Below, one piece after another: positions 1 to 11,340 of a stretch of DNA of 64,000 nt. The stretch comes from Selaginella moellendorffii (lineage: Eukaryota; Plantae; Lycopodiophyta). Location: the NCBI RefSeq assembly GCF_000143415.4, contig NW_003314315.1, positions 434,001 to 498,000 of the forward strand, written 5' to 3'. Each line of letters opens with the position of its first letter. Position 1 is the stretch's first letter. The position numbers and the translations under genes were made by a program. The notes below the pieces were generated by a model that saw nothing but the letters and a program-made list of their open reading frames with translations, was not told the origin of the DNA and did not search any database.

Positions 1-499
1 GACGCGAGGGCCGCTCTCCAATCCACTGGAATTTCTCGTGCCGGACGCCAGCGCGTCTATCAAATCGGGCTGTTGCCACGTGGGGCCCCTCCAGCCGCCG
101 GATGCGCGTATCCGACGGCCGCGGGCCGGACTCCAAATGGGCTCCTCAAACTGGTTAACTGATTTCTCAGTGGCGAGAATAAGTATCAGGGCGTGCGGGC
201 GAGGGTTTCGTCTGGGCGCGTTGGGAGAGGAGAGGGCGAGGGAGGAAAGAGGGTCCTGGGAATCGATCGAGCGAGGCCGTGAGAGATCCAGGGCGGCGGC
301 GCGCGCGCGTGATTCCTCCGGGGCCGGCGGTAAGCCCCCTCTGGCCGATTTCTCCCCGCGGGTTAGGGTTCGTGCGTGGTCTCATGTTGGATAGCTGGCC
401 ACGGGCTTTAGAAGGCTTAGATCGCGTGAGCAGAGGCTACAGGAGAGGGCGTGGTTCTTGGCGCTCCAAGCTAAAGCGACCCATCTGGAATCGCCGGGA

Positions 500-555
500 G
501 AGATAGAGGAGATAGAGATAGAGATAGAATTTGTGGCAGCACACACACACACACA
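500..555. repeat. (GAGATA)n and (CA)n microsatellites in the CAF1 5' leader
   Basis: Read directly: gagata repeated at 500-527 and a CA run at 540-555. Confidence 0.85.
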
Positions 556-567
556 AGGGGGAGATAG

Positions 568-1431
568 ATGTCAAAATTTCCAAAGGGTGGGTCTCTCCGC
601 ATCAGGGACGTGTGGGCGAGCAACCTGGAGGAGGAGATTTCGTTCATCCGGAGCATCGTGGATGAGTTCCCGCTGCTGGCCATGGACACGGAGTTCCCGG
701 GCGTGGTGGTGAGGCCGGTGGGTAACTTCCGGAGCTGCGCAGAGTATAACTACCAGACCCTCCGCGAGAACGTCAACATGCTCAAGCTCATCCAGCTGGG
801 CCTCACCTTCTGCGACGCGGACGGCAACCTCCCGCGCTGCAACACCGGCGAGTACTGCGTGTGGCAATTCAACTTCCGCGAGTTCAACATCCGGGAGGAC
901 GTTTGCGCCCAGGACTCGATCGACCTCCTGTGCCACAGCGGCATCGACTTTGCCAAGAACGAGGAGCAGGGCGTGGACTCGAGGCTGTTTGGGGAGCTGC
1001 TCATGTCCTCGGGGGTGGTGCTCAACGACGACATCCAGTGGATCACCTTCCACAGCGGCTACGACTTCGGCTACCTCCTCAAGCTGCTCACTTGCCAGCC
1101 ACTGCCGGCGTGCGAGGCCGACTTCTTCAACCTCATGCGCCTCTACTTCCCGGTCTTCTTCGACATCAAGTACATGATGAAGTTCCATGACAGCCTCCAC
1201 GGCGGCCTCAACCGGCTGGCGGAGCTGGTCGACGTTGCGCGCATCGGGCCGTGCCACCAGGCGGGGTCGGACAGCCTGCTCACGTCCGAGGTCTACCGCC
1301 GGCTCAAGGACAGGTACTTCCTGGAATCCATGGCCAAGTTCACGGGAGTGCTCTACGGGCTGGGATCGGACAATGCCGACGCTGCTGCTGCTGCTGCTGC
1401 CGCCGCCGCCGCAGCCGCTGCTGCGATCTAA
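568..1431 (+). CDS. CAF1: CCR4-associated factor 1 (DEDD deadenylase), intronless CDS, C-terminal poly-Ala
   Basis: Motifs [29 protein letters not shown]; 287 aa. Confidence 0.96.
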   Translation: MSKFPKGGSLRIRDVWASNLEEEISFIRSIVDEFPLLAMDTEFPGVVVRPVGNFRSCAEYNYQTLRENVNMLKLIQLGLTFCDADGNLPRCNTGEYCVWQFNFREFNIREDVCAQDSIDLLCHSGIDFAKNEEQGVDSRLFGELLMSSGVVLNDDIQWITFHSGYDFGYLLKLLTCQPLPACEADFFNLMRLYFPVFFDIKYMMKFHDSLHGGLNRLAELVDVARIGPCHQAGSDSLLTSEVYRRLKDRYFLESMAKFTGVLYGLGSDNADAAAAAAAAAAAAAAAI

Positions 1432-1733
1432 CTAGCGGCGGAGTTGCGTGATCTATGGAAGCGACGAGAAGATCCAACAACAAGACTCTCTACACTAATG
1501 TCTGCTGCTGCTCTGTACACTTGACAGTATGGACAAAGTCCGACATTTTTCTTATACTTATCACTGCTACAATCATCTCAATGCTACATAGTCTTTATTC
1601 TTATTTCCTCCCCACCATGATTTCACATGGTTTGTTTTCTTCGTCCTTTTCTGATTCGTCCTTTTCTTGTGGCTGGTTTTTTTTTCTTTTTCTTTTTTTC
1701 TTTTATGGTTTTTCTTTTGCTATGGTTGACTTC

Positions 1734-2054
1734 TCACCCAGTCGAAGTGGTCTCCAGTAAATAGAAGTTGTAGCTTTTAAGAGGATTCTTGAGATTGTAT
1801 TTTTTGGGATGAACTCTCTCTTCTTCCTCATTTAAGTACTGATGCTTTCTCTTCAAGCTTTTACCATTGCTCATGTCCATTTCTCTCTTCTCATGAACTT
1901 TGTGACTGGTTTCTTCCATGGTTGCTGTACTAGTAAATTTTGGAGGCGGCTCACAATCGATGACTTTGGAGACCAAGTCCATGAGATCTATGAAGTCCCG
2001 CAACTCATTTAAAACTTGTGCTACTGGAATGCAACCATCCTTCTGATTCGCCAT
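1734..2054 (-). CDS. Small orphan YNL(R)-family protein, copy A (diverged, lacks C-terminal His/Cys tail; may be a pseudogene)
   Basis: MANQKDG..V.QVL.EL..DLMDLVSKV, SLKRK and KKYNL align with the ORFs at 5303, 10083 and 14038. Confidence 0.55.
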   Translation of the reverse strand: MANQKDGCIPVAQVLNELRDFIDLMDLVSKVIDCEPPPKFTSTATMEETSHKVHEKREMDMSNGKSLKRKHQYLNEEEERVHPKKYNLKNPLKSYNFYLLETTSTG

Positions 2055-2799
2055 ACCTCACAGATACAACCCATGGTGGAAGGTCAACTCTTTTGTATTC
2101 CTGGAGCAGAAAAGGGTCATAAATCATGGAATTTCCAAAACCTTCCCTTTAGAAAAAGGTTTAAGTGATCCTGCTACATGGAATGCATAAAACCTGTCAT
2201 ATTTGCAATCCTGGCGTCCATTCCCGCCTATCTAGTAAGAGAGAACAAGGATGGCTTTGAAAGACTTCTGCAAGACTCTAACGTTAGCCCTTACTGCTGC
2301 CTCTAACCTCTTGGAGATACCAGAACTGGATGCTTTCTGTGACTTGTTAAGCTCCTGCGTGGAAAGCTGTTGGCATTGCTCACCCAGAAGCCCGTGATGG
2401 AGGTTGACTGAAGCTCTATAAACAAATTGCTAGGTTAAAGACCAGCTGCTTGCTGGGATAAGTTTGTAGGGGCCAGTGCCACTAAAGATGATAGAGTTTG
2501 TGGAACTATCCTCCAAGTCTCGCCCCGTCAACTTTTGGGTTGTGTGTGAAGCTTGAGTTGTTGCGTTGAGATCAGTAGGTGACGCTGGTTTGGAGACGAA
2601 AGTGTCGATTACAGAATTTCAGACCAAGCCAGCAGCGAGGAGAGAGGATGTTGCCAGTGCTGCTTGGCTCCCACGACCTTCTGGAGTTCATCCCTCTAGT
2701 TGAAATTCAAGGACATCACAGCCTGGTGCTTTCTTGAAAGTTTTGATGCGGGACATGGTGAGATGGTGATTCGGAGAGAGAGATGAATTTGATTTGATC

Positions 2800-2940
2800 A
2801 GGAGGGCCGACTGTGCTGCTGTTCCATGGCTTCCCCGAGACGTGGTATACATGGAGGTTCCAACTCAAGCTGCTGGCGGACGCTGGATTCCACGCTGTTG
2901 CTCCAGAGTTGCGAGGCTTTGGGCTCACCGAGTGTCCGAA
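2800..2940 (+). pseudogene. Epoxide hydrolase (alpha/beta hydrolase) N-terminal exon fragment
   Basis: [20 protein letters not shown]...AVAPELRGFG; no downstream catalytic exons found. Confidence 0.8.
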
Positions 2941-3214
2941 GGATTCATCCGGCAAGTTAAAGCTCTCGCCTCTGGGTCTCCTGGGAGACATTGTGCGCTT
3001 GGAGGAATTGGCATGGCTATAGAGGGAGCCCAAGAGAAAGTATCTTATCACGACTAACTGCATTTTGGAGCTGGACCAAGCGGTGGAGGAGCTTGAGCAG
3101 CAGCAGGGCGAACGAATCCATCGCTATTCCATTGAGTATAGAATAGGGAAGAACAAGTTTGTGGAAAACCTCGGAAAGACAATGTTTTCGCATTGACGGT
3201 GATTTATGAAAAAC

Positions 3215-3322
3215 AAAAAAGTTTAATTGGCTCTGGATTCGAACCTGTGACCTTGCTAATATATTTCTTCATGTTCCCACCCAAATTAAACATTAATAGC
3301 CTCTTAACGTATCTGCTATTTT
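3215..3322 (-). other. Degenerate tRNA-derived Pol III-like element (A-box-like, perfect B-box, T6 run)
   Basis: Minus strand reads TAGCAGATACGTT...AAGGTCACAGGTTCGAATCC...TTTTTT; acceptor and D stems do not pair. Confidence 0.55.
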
Positions 3323-3830
3323 CGCAGGCCAGCTTCCTAGCTCTAGTCATCCTTTTTGCTGCTCGTCAAACACAAGAAAGAAATCATTCTCTTCTCAATG
3401 GAAAGATCTTACTGGTACATTCTTCAAGCTGTTCTCGGACATGATCACGAGCTAAGTTTCAGAAGAATCCAAAGCCATGGCAAAGAAAGTGGTCTGGCAT
3501 CGGCTGGTGCAAGGAATAATCGCGAGCAACTAGCCGACGGACTCTTTGGAATTGTTTTGGCGGATGCTGACTGTGATTTTTGTTGCAGAAAACTCTGTTT
3601 GCACCATTGCCGATGCGTTCTATCCAAGATCGCATTAAGACTGGATTTCAATTTCTTCCACATGATGATTATCATGATCATTCTTTGGATTGTGTTCTTC
3701 AGAAGGAGCATTGAAGTTTTCCTTCCTCTTTAACTTTATGTTTGTTGTAATGCTTCGTTTGGGCACTAAAGTTGTGGATTTAAGCTTTTTAAAGAGCGCA
3801 TTCTTCTAGGGCTGCACAGATCGATCGGCT

Positions 3831-5129
3831 ATGGACAAGTGTGTTGCGAGCGTGCTACTGGTGGTGGTGGAAAGTGTCCCACTGGACCAAGACCTGTGCG
3901 TCGCCCTCGGCAGGCTCTACGTCGCCCAAAAGGACTGGTTCCCGGACGACGAGGCCATCCTCGCCATCATCCAGAGCGCGCCACCACTGCACACTTTTGG
4001 TGAGTTCCACCAGCTTACGGGCCAGAAGTTCCATCGCCAGCTCGCCCGGAGGCTCGCGGATCACGGCCACATAGCGGAGGCCTTGAGCATGCTGGACGAG
4101 AGATGCGACGAGCCGACGTTCACGCAGACTCTCCTCCACTACCACCCGTACTACCCTCTCTCGATTCTCGTTCGTTATCGTCACGTCGCCACCATGACAG
4201 CGCTGGGCTACCCGCGGGACTTCAGGCTCTTCGAGATCCCCCTTGAGATTGCGTCATATAGTACATGTCAATCGCTGGAGATGTGCAACGCTGTGAAGAT
4301 GCTCTTCCGGCAAATGCTGGAGGAGCACCCGAGCAGGGCACTTGGTCGCAATGTGTATAAGGGTTTGGTCTGCTATTACACTTCCGATGACTTCAGCTTC
4401 TTCCACCTCGTCCTCGCCGAAGCAAAGGCGAAGAACGCCAACATACCGGTGCATGAGATTACGCTACTTCGGCACTTCCAGCATGACCATGTTTACGGCT
4501 ACGAGGCAAAAGTTGACGCGGTGCTAGATCTGCACCCCATACCCGAGGAGGCATACCAGAAGCTCTTCGAATTAACCCCGGATCTGAAAGATGCCCTCTC
4601 GCTGTTGAAGCGCGCCAAGCTCGCGGGCGTGCGCCTCGACCCCAGCGAAAAGGTGGCGGCCAGCGTCGCCCAGGATTCGCTTGATGTCTATGCCATGGAT
4701 CTGCTCAAGGAATCGGGGCTTCTGAGCGACGCTGCCATAGCCGGATTGGCAAACAGGGAGAATCGCCAGGCCATACTCAAGGTGGTGCTCAGGAACAAAA
4801 GGTGGTGCGCTTTCCCACAAAGTATCGAGGCCATGCTATGTGAGGGCCCAAAGGTGTGGGCGTGGCTCTCGCGGGTCATGGTCAGCAAAAAGTCAAGTCA
4901 AGAGGTGGTCAAGCAGCTGCTGCGGCGGGGCCTCGTGGCCACTGCGCTGGAGCTCCTCAGTGGGAGGTGTGACGAGGGCACGTTTACCATGGTGTTGCTA
5001 GAGGCGGTAAAAATGCAGCAAAGTGAAACCATGGTAAAGAGGATTCGTAAGAAACAGGCCATGATGAAGAGCTTGGGTTACAAATGTAAGCTTAGGTTGA
5101 AGAAAGGCAAGTTTGAGCTCCAAGCGTGA
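3831..5129 (+). CDS. Intronless 432-aa orphan helical-repeat protein with two degenerate PPR-like units
   Basis: Long ORF with internal repeat GHIAEALSMLDERCDEPTFTQTLL..MTALGY versus GLVATALELLSGRCDEGTFTMVLL..MKSLGY. Confidence 0.75.
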   Translation: MDKCVASVLLVVVESVPLDQDLCVALGRLYVAQKDWFPDDEAILAIIQSAPPLHTFGEFHQLTGQKFHRQLARRLADHGHIAEALSMLDERCDEPTFTQTLLHYHPYYPLSILVRYRHVATMTALGYPRDFRLFEIPLEIASYSTCQSLEMCNAVKMLFRQMLEEHPSRALGRNVYKGLVCYYTSDDFSFFHLVLAEAKAKNANIPVHEITLLRHFQHDHVYGYEAKVDAVLDLHPIPEEAYQKLFELTPDLKDALSLLKRAKLAGVRLDPSEKVAASVAQDSLDVYAMDLLKESGLLSDAAIAGLANRENRQAILKVVLRNKRWCAFPQSIEAMLCEGPKVWAWLSRVMVSKKSSQEVVKQLLRRGLVATALELLSGRCDEGTFTMVLLEAVKMQQSETMVKRIRKKQAMMKSLGYKCKLRLKKGKFELQA

Positions 5130-5302
5130 TTTATCTCTTCACAGTTGCAAGTATGACTACATTAAAATTCAAAACCATTGTCTACATTTGTTTAGATAGT
5201 TTAACATTTTTATTAGATACTACATGCTTTACAATTAGAATATTTAAAGATTTTGGTTGGATAACCATTGCCGTGATTGATTGTTCTACGGGATGTTGTC
5301 AC

Positions 5303-5704
5303 TCAGTGGCACTGGTACATAGAGCAAAGGGTGGCAGTGTGCTGCTCGTGTGCCCTGAGATTATACTTCTTGGGCACTATTTTAGTCAGCCGAGGTTTCT
5401 TCGATATCCCATCCAAAAGCTTGTAATCCTCCTCCTCCAAGTTTTTCGCATCGCCCACATCTGCTTCTCTTTTCTTCTTGGGCAGTTCCTCCACAAGAGG
5501 AAAACTTGACTTGCCCTGGATCTCCTCCCCTGTTGTTCTCGTTTCCTTGCCAGAATCTCCTGGAAGCGACTCGTAGAGCAACTTGGACACCACATCCATG
5601 AGATCCATCAAATCCCTGGTGCGGATGGGTAGCCTCTCTGCCGATCGTCGCAGCTCGCTCAAGACTTGCTCCACTGGAACATACCCATCCTTGTGATTCG
5701 CCAT
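5303..5704 (-). CDS. Small orphan YNLR-family protein, copy B (133 aa)
   Basis: ATG at 5704, TATAAAAA at 5748-5741; paralog at 14038 differs only by in-frame indels and substitutions. Confidence 0.7.
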   Translation of the reverse strand: MANHKDGYVPVEQVLSELRRSAERLPIRTRDLMDLMDVVSKLLYESLPGDSGKETRTTGEEIQGKSSFPLVEELPKKKREADVGDAKNLEEEDYKLLDGISKKPRLTKIVPKKYNLRAHEQHTATLCSMYQCH

Positions 5705-5828
5705 ATGTATGCTTTGAGGCCTTTGATGACCTCGCAATCCTTTTTATACTCCGGGGAAAAGGGTCGTACATCCTGGAATGTGCCGAAAAAGTTTCCTTTA
5801 GAAAAATAGGAAAACCTTTAAGTACCTT

Positions 5829-6600
5829 TCAAGTGATATCCTGCGACTTGGAGTGCCTGGAATACCAAAACCCGAGCCTGCTTTTCATCTTTGCAACCTC
5901 TGGTGCCGCGTAGATGTTGGAGAGCATCACGTACGACGACGATGTCTCCGGGTTCCTCTTCATGGCCTCCTGCGACACCCGCTTCCCGCGCTCCAAATCC
6001 CCATGCATCTGGCACGAGTTGAGCAGTGACAGCCATGGAACTCCACCCGCCTGTGGAAACCTCTTGAGAAACTCCTCGGCCTCCTCCAGCCTTCCCAGCC
6101 GGCCCAGCATATCCGTCATGCAGCTGAAGTGCTCGTCCTCCCACTCGATCCCCCTGTCCGTCTTGAGCGACACGAACTGCTTCCAGGCCTCGTCCAGCAG
6201 CCCCGCGTGTGCGCACGCAAACAGCACTCCGGTGTAAGTCACGCCGTTCGGCTCCACGCCGTCCAAGTTCATGAGCTCGTACAGCTCCAGCCCCTGCTTC
6301 CCCTCCCCATTTTGAGCATACGCCACGATCATTGCGTTCCACGAGACCAGGTTGCTCAAGTCGGAGCCGTCGAAGATCTTCCGTGCTTCGTCCAGGCTCC
6401 CGCACTTGCCATACATGCTGACGAGTGCTGTGGAGACGAGCGCTCCGTTCTCCAGGCCGGCTCTCACTATCCTGTCATGGACGGGCCTTCCTTCCACTAG
6501 AGACTGCATGTCACAGGTAACGTAGGTGATCTCGTCGGGCTCAACTCCGTCTGGCTCCATTCGCTGGCAGAGTCTGATGGCTTCGCTGTGCCCATGCTGA
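5829..6600 (-). pseudogene. 5'-truncated duplicate of the PLS-E PPR gene
   Basis: Near-identical to 14580-15370 with small in-frame deletions; homology stops about 100 bp before the TRIM. Confidence 0.88.
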
Positions 6601-6699
6601 ATGGGTTGTGTTGCCAAGCTGATCATTGTCGTTATCCCATTGCTCGGTGCAACGTTGGTTGGCATATCACGTGTTGATGGATATTAGCACCATTGGCAA

Positions 6700-7504
6700 T
6701 GTTAACAGTGGAGAGACGTGCATGAGGAAGAAGAACTTTCTATGTATTCAACTGTGACATGTACATAGAATTACTGCACGTGGGCATAACTACATGCCAC
6801 ATCATCTCTACCTCTAACACTCCTACTCGTGATCAAGTGACTGATTAAAGCTTGAATCTAAGCTTGAATCGTGCGTAGCTAATTTGAGATGATGAGCATG
6901 GAGAGTTGATGAAAAAAGCATATGAAAAAATCATCAATCAACTACCCAAAACTTGGTTTTTGGTCTTGGACTTGTTTGCACACTTTTTGCTCTTTGCTAT
7001 GGCTTCAATCTTGCCATTAGCATGTAGTCTTGGTTGTGAATTGCCAGATTCCCACTTCTAAGGCACTTGAATCTCTATAAACATCCTTTCCACTTAGAGG
7101 AAATGAAGCAAACAGGAACAATTAGTTCTTGGATCTTGACCTCTAATTCTTTGATATGGGTTGTTGAAAATTTTCAATCTCCCACTACTTTTGTGTTTTG
7201 CTTGTTGCTGCTTGCTGCTTAATGCCTCTGCATGGCTTGGTTGATGCAATGCATCAAGCATCTAGTGCATCCCACAAAAGTTTCAAGCATTGCAAAAGGA
7301 ATTGCAATTAAAAGGCTCATCCTCCTCCTCCATCACTGGCCTCCTGCCCAGTAAGTGCCATGCCCAGGATCAAGGAGTCAATTGCTCCAATACCATGTTA
7401 GCAGCAGAGGGATGTGCAACTTTCTGTGTATCCAACTGTAACATATACATGGAATTATTGCCACGTGGGCATAATTACATGCCACATCATCTCTACCTCT
7501 AACA
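6700..7504 (-). mobile_element. TRIM / internally deleted Ty1-copia element (805 bp)
   Basis: Direct repeats 6700-6819 and 7396-7504, both TGTTA...TAACA; PBS TGGTATTGGAGC (iMet-like) at 7395-7384; purine tract GAGTAGGAG before the 3' LTR; gag-like LWDAL remnant; flanks GGCAA/AACAA. Confidence 0.82.
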
Positions 7505-7849
7505 AACAAGACATGTTTGCTAGTGCTATCATTCTACTTGGTTTTATATTTTGTGCTTAATTCTATTTCATTCTACAGGCCTGACTATGGCACATATTTG
7601 CTACAGACAACACTTTCCTAGTGTGTACGATGAATACAGTAAGTTCCGATTTCCAAATGTTTGCAAACGTAGATTCTTATCGTGGCATCTCCAGGCTTTT
7701 CTCCATATCCCGAGAGATGCGCTCCGGCCGACTGGCCACCACCACGAGCCAACAGTAGCGTTGGAGATCTAGAGAACGGGAGAGATGTGGAGATCTCCAG
7801 ATTATAGCTGCGACTGTGATGGGTGTATACTCTGCTGGTATGCGTTTAG

Positions 7850-7990
7850 GTGTACGGGTTCATGGTGACATGCATTATGATAATGTGATGGTCAGAGGCA
7901 TCAGCGAGAATGGCAAAGCTGATGTTCGTTTTCTCCACTTCGATTGGGCTGCTCAAGAGCTGGATGGGGTTTATCCGCCTTTCCGATCCT
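7850..7990 (+). pseudogene. Protein kinase-like fragment (subdomains VIb-VII)
   Basis: VHGDMHYDNVMV...VRFLHFDWA...YP; no N-lobe found. Confidence 0.55.
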
Positions 7991-8602
7991 GTTGGAGCTG
8001 GAGTCGTGATGCGGCAGGAGCACAATGTTGTGCTGCTATCACTCAGGAAGGATCAGCAGATCACATTATCAACTTTTTTTTTTGAGCCCAAGCACTCTCG
8101 CTTGGTTGTAAAAGCAGTGACATGACATGCACACTTTGCGTCACCTCAGAATTCTCTTCCTTGGGGTGGGGCTTGCCGCTGCTGGATCAAAGATTCCAAA
8201 TGCCACCAGAAGCGAAGTAAAAGCTTCTCCAACTTCTCCTGTAGCGCTTTCCTAAAGCAAAAGCTTTTATCCTGACAGGACTTTTTCAAACAAGATTCTG
8301 GTATATGGGCATATGCAGTGATCTAAGTTGTTTAAAAAGTCTGGTTGGATTGATAATATGAACAAGAATTTATAGTCTGATTGCATTGCTTGATTCGTGG
8401 TTGTATACAAAGCTCGCAGATTAGTCATTTTTCTATAATGCCCTGTTGTAGAATTTTCTTCAAATAAAGCCTCACTATATACTTCAGGAAACAGGAGGAT
8501 ATAGAGACAATTGTTATTCTTCTCAGCTTAGATTCAAATAAGAATAGAATTCAATATTTATTTCAATATCAAAAGTAACCAAGTAACTTCATAAGCATCT
8601 CA

Positions 8603-9853
8603 TTATGATGATGCTAATTCACTAATGCTGATGGGAGAAACATCACCTGAAGTAGCACCAGTCCACCATCGATGAGCAGCCATACTATTAAATGCATCAG
8701 TTTGGTGAATACCATCCCAAAAGGCATACTTTGTTCTATCTTGACAAAGCCTAGCTCCAGAATTGCAATTCAAAGTATGGGATCCTTGTGGACAACAAGC
8801 ACTGGTTGAATCAATGAATCCTGTTTATTCCCAAAATATAAAATGTTAGATTGGTTAATTAAAACTAAAGCTTACCATAAGATTGTGGATTGTTGTGAAC
8901 ATCTACCATTAATCCGTAAAAATTAGTCATCACAAATTGAGCATCTTTATGAGAATTTCTTAAATTCTCAAGAGCTGATTGTAACATATTATTATATATT
9001 TGAGCTCCTTGCTGTGCAACAGATGCACATTGTCCTCCAACCACATTCAATGGAATGCATCCAACAGCACTTAATCCAACTATAACAAATTTTCTAGCAC
9101 CCAAATTATATAATGTCTGAAATCAAATAAAAATTATAAAATCAAAAATAAAATTGAAAATACTAATAATAATATTTACCTGAAGTTCATTAACAAAAGT
9201 ATTAATAATGGTTTGCTCATCAGATTGTGAAATCCTCCTTGTTCTTTGATACATATTATTAATATCATTGTTTCCTGAGCAAATATAAAAAATAGATTTT
9301 GCGACAAGAGTAGATGCATTAGATGATCCAATCATTTGAACCATTTTTTGTTTCAAACTCCTAAAGTCATCAATTTGACTTGCAAGAGCTTGTCCTCCTC
9401 CCTTTAAAATCACAAAATTATAAAGTCAAAATCAATAAAATTAATAATGTTTACCGTATGAGTTTGTGAAAGGATTCCAGAACCAGCAGAACCAAAATTT
9501 GCACCTTGAAGAATATTATTTCCAGCTTGGAAATAAGCTGGTGGTAATGGTAATCCCAAATGTAATGCTAAAAAACAGAATTATAAAATAACATTCAACT
9601 ATAAAAACAGCAAACACTTACCAATATATTCAACAAGCAAACGACCATTACAAAATCGACTTGCTTGACCTCCAGGAAAATCAACACCATAAGGATAACC
9701 AACATGAGCATTATCACCCGCATCTACTAGAGAATCCCCAAATGCAAATAAAGCTGGGACAGATGAATTCATTTGCTGAGAAAACACCCTCAAACCAGAA
9801 AACATAGCAAACACAACAAAGAAAAGAAAGAAAAGAAATGCAGAAGTTGCCAT
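8603..9853 (-). CDS. Secreted GDSL esterase/lipase, 5 exons, unusually AT-rich
   Basis: Signal peptide, FGDSLVDAG, RFCNGR, GNND, FWDGIH; GT-AG introns; TAA at 8605-8603. Confidence 0.93.
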
Positions 9854-10082
9854 GTTGCTAAGTGTAAAGAACAATATTTTGTGAGACGAACCCTTCAGTT
9901 TTTATACCACAAAATGTTATAATCTTAGCGATCTATTCCAAGTAAAGAGATATTATATACACGATTACATATTATTCCTATTAACTTTTTAAAGCAAAAT
10001 TTTTTATCCTACGGTTAAAAGGAAACACCTTTTTACGCAGCAGTATAAAAAGGGGTCGCACTCCTGTAACCCTCATCATCAA

Positions 10083-10502
10083 ATGGCGAATCGCTACGTT
10101 TCAGTGGAGCACGTCCTCGCGCTGCTGCAAAACTCGGCGGAGATGCTACCCATCGGCGCCAAGGATTTGGAAAAGCTCATGGACGTGGTGGCCAACATGC
10201 TCCCCAGCAAGAGCAAGGATTTTGTGGGAGCTCCAGCCAGCGTCGTCGAGAACAAGCGACTCGATGGCGCCGCTCAAAGCTTGAAGAGGAAGGCCTTGGA
10301 CTTGGAGGACTTGGACAAGGACGATTACGCGCTGCTGGAAGAGGCCAGCGCTGAAAGCTTGAAGAGGAAGGCCTTGGAGGAGGAGGAGGCGAGCACCAAG
10401 TTCACAGAATCGAGAGCTTGCAAAAGGTATAACCTCAGGAAGAAGAACAAGAAGCAGCACACGAGCGTTTGCCAGGAGTTTTTCTTGTGCAAGTGCCACT
10501 GA
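10083..10502 (+). CDS. Small orphan YNLR-family protein, copy C (139 aa, divergent)
   Basis: TATAAAAA at 10044; two SLKRKAL repeats; KRYNLR and HTSVC...CKCH tail. Confidence 0.72.
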   Translation: MANRYVSVEHVLALLQNSAEMLPIGAKDLEKLMDVVANMLPSKSKDFVGAPASVVENKRLDGAAQSLKRKALDLEDLDKDDYALLEEASAESLKRKALEEEEASTKFTESRACKRYNLRKKNKKQHTSVCQEFFLCKCH

Positions 10503-10649
10503 GTAGATCTCGCAGTGTAAAGATATCTTGAATCGAGAGAAACTTGGAGAGTTTACCCCACGATCAAACATCTTTCGTCTTTCTTGTCAGAGATCTAGCG
10601 AAAAAAAGTCTTAAAACCTTGTGCGACTTTCCAGGAGAAACCTAAGCGC

Positions 10650-11340
10650 TTACTTTCTATAGAACTCGGCCAGGTAGTCGAGCGCCTCGGAGTTGTTCCT
10701 GCAAACTCTCCACAGCGCCTTCACTTCTCCCTCGCCCACAGTCCCCCACTCTCTGCACGTAGCCAGGAACTCCAGCAAGTGATAGTAGAATCCATCATAG
10801 TTTATCAGCAGGAACGGCACTGGGAAGCTGGAGCCGATCCGCCGCAGCTGGATCAAAGTCAGCACCTCGAGATCTCGTCCATGCTTCCAACGCTGCCGGG
10901 CAAAGCCAGGAACGCGGTGCGATCGGACGGAGCGTTACGTACTCCCGCATCAACCAGGCCGTGCTTTCGCGCCGAGAAGAATCTAATTGCAAGGATGGTA
11001 TTCCCCTGCAGGTGAGATAAGTTCCCGAGACCATGTAAGGATGTCTCAAAGTGTTCGTCCACACACCGCCCTCGTTGTGGATTCTAAATACTCCCACCGG
11101 CTTCCCGGCCTCGAGAGCTCCTTTGGTGGCAGCGTCCATTAATCCTGGGCCAGCTCCACACCAGGACGTGCAGTCGAGCAGCAAAGCAACCTGGGAGGAA
11201 CTCGAAGAACTTACAATCTTGCCATGATCTTAGAAACCATGCTTTTCTCACCTCTCGCCCGAGCTTCATGGCTTGAAGGAAGTGAGGATGGTATGGCTTG
11301 GACACGGGCTCTGGAAGGCGAGATCTCGATGACAAATGCA
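10650..11340 (-). pseudogene. LOG-like / putative lysine decarboxylase family pseudogene
   Basis: WCGAGPGLMDA, FFSARKHGLVD, PGSVGSMDEI, EALDYLAEFY; 1-nt deletion near 10872 and a 23-nt GG-AG pseudo-intron near 10983-11005. Confidence 0.85.

Larger units (their letters stand above)
2385..6600 (+). repeat. Segmental tandem duplication, copy 1 (partner ~11585-15370)
   Basis: Collinear blocks: epoxide hydrolase fragment, tRNA-like element, 432-aa ORF, small orphan gene, PPR 3' end. Right half is near-identical to the partner. Confidence 0.93.

Noticed and set aside
38-1451. Overlapping and antisense ORFs around CAF1 (and similar ones over the PPR, kinase, UGT and P450 genes)
   Set aside because: Expected shadow ORFs of GC-rich coding DNA with no motifs.
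3215-3322. Functional tRNA-Ile(AAT) gene
   Set aside because: Acceptor, D and T stems fail to pair; kept only as a degenerate element.
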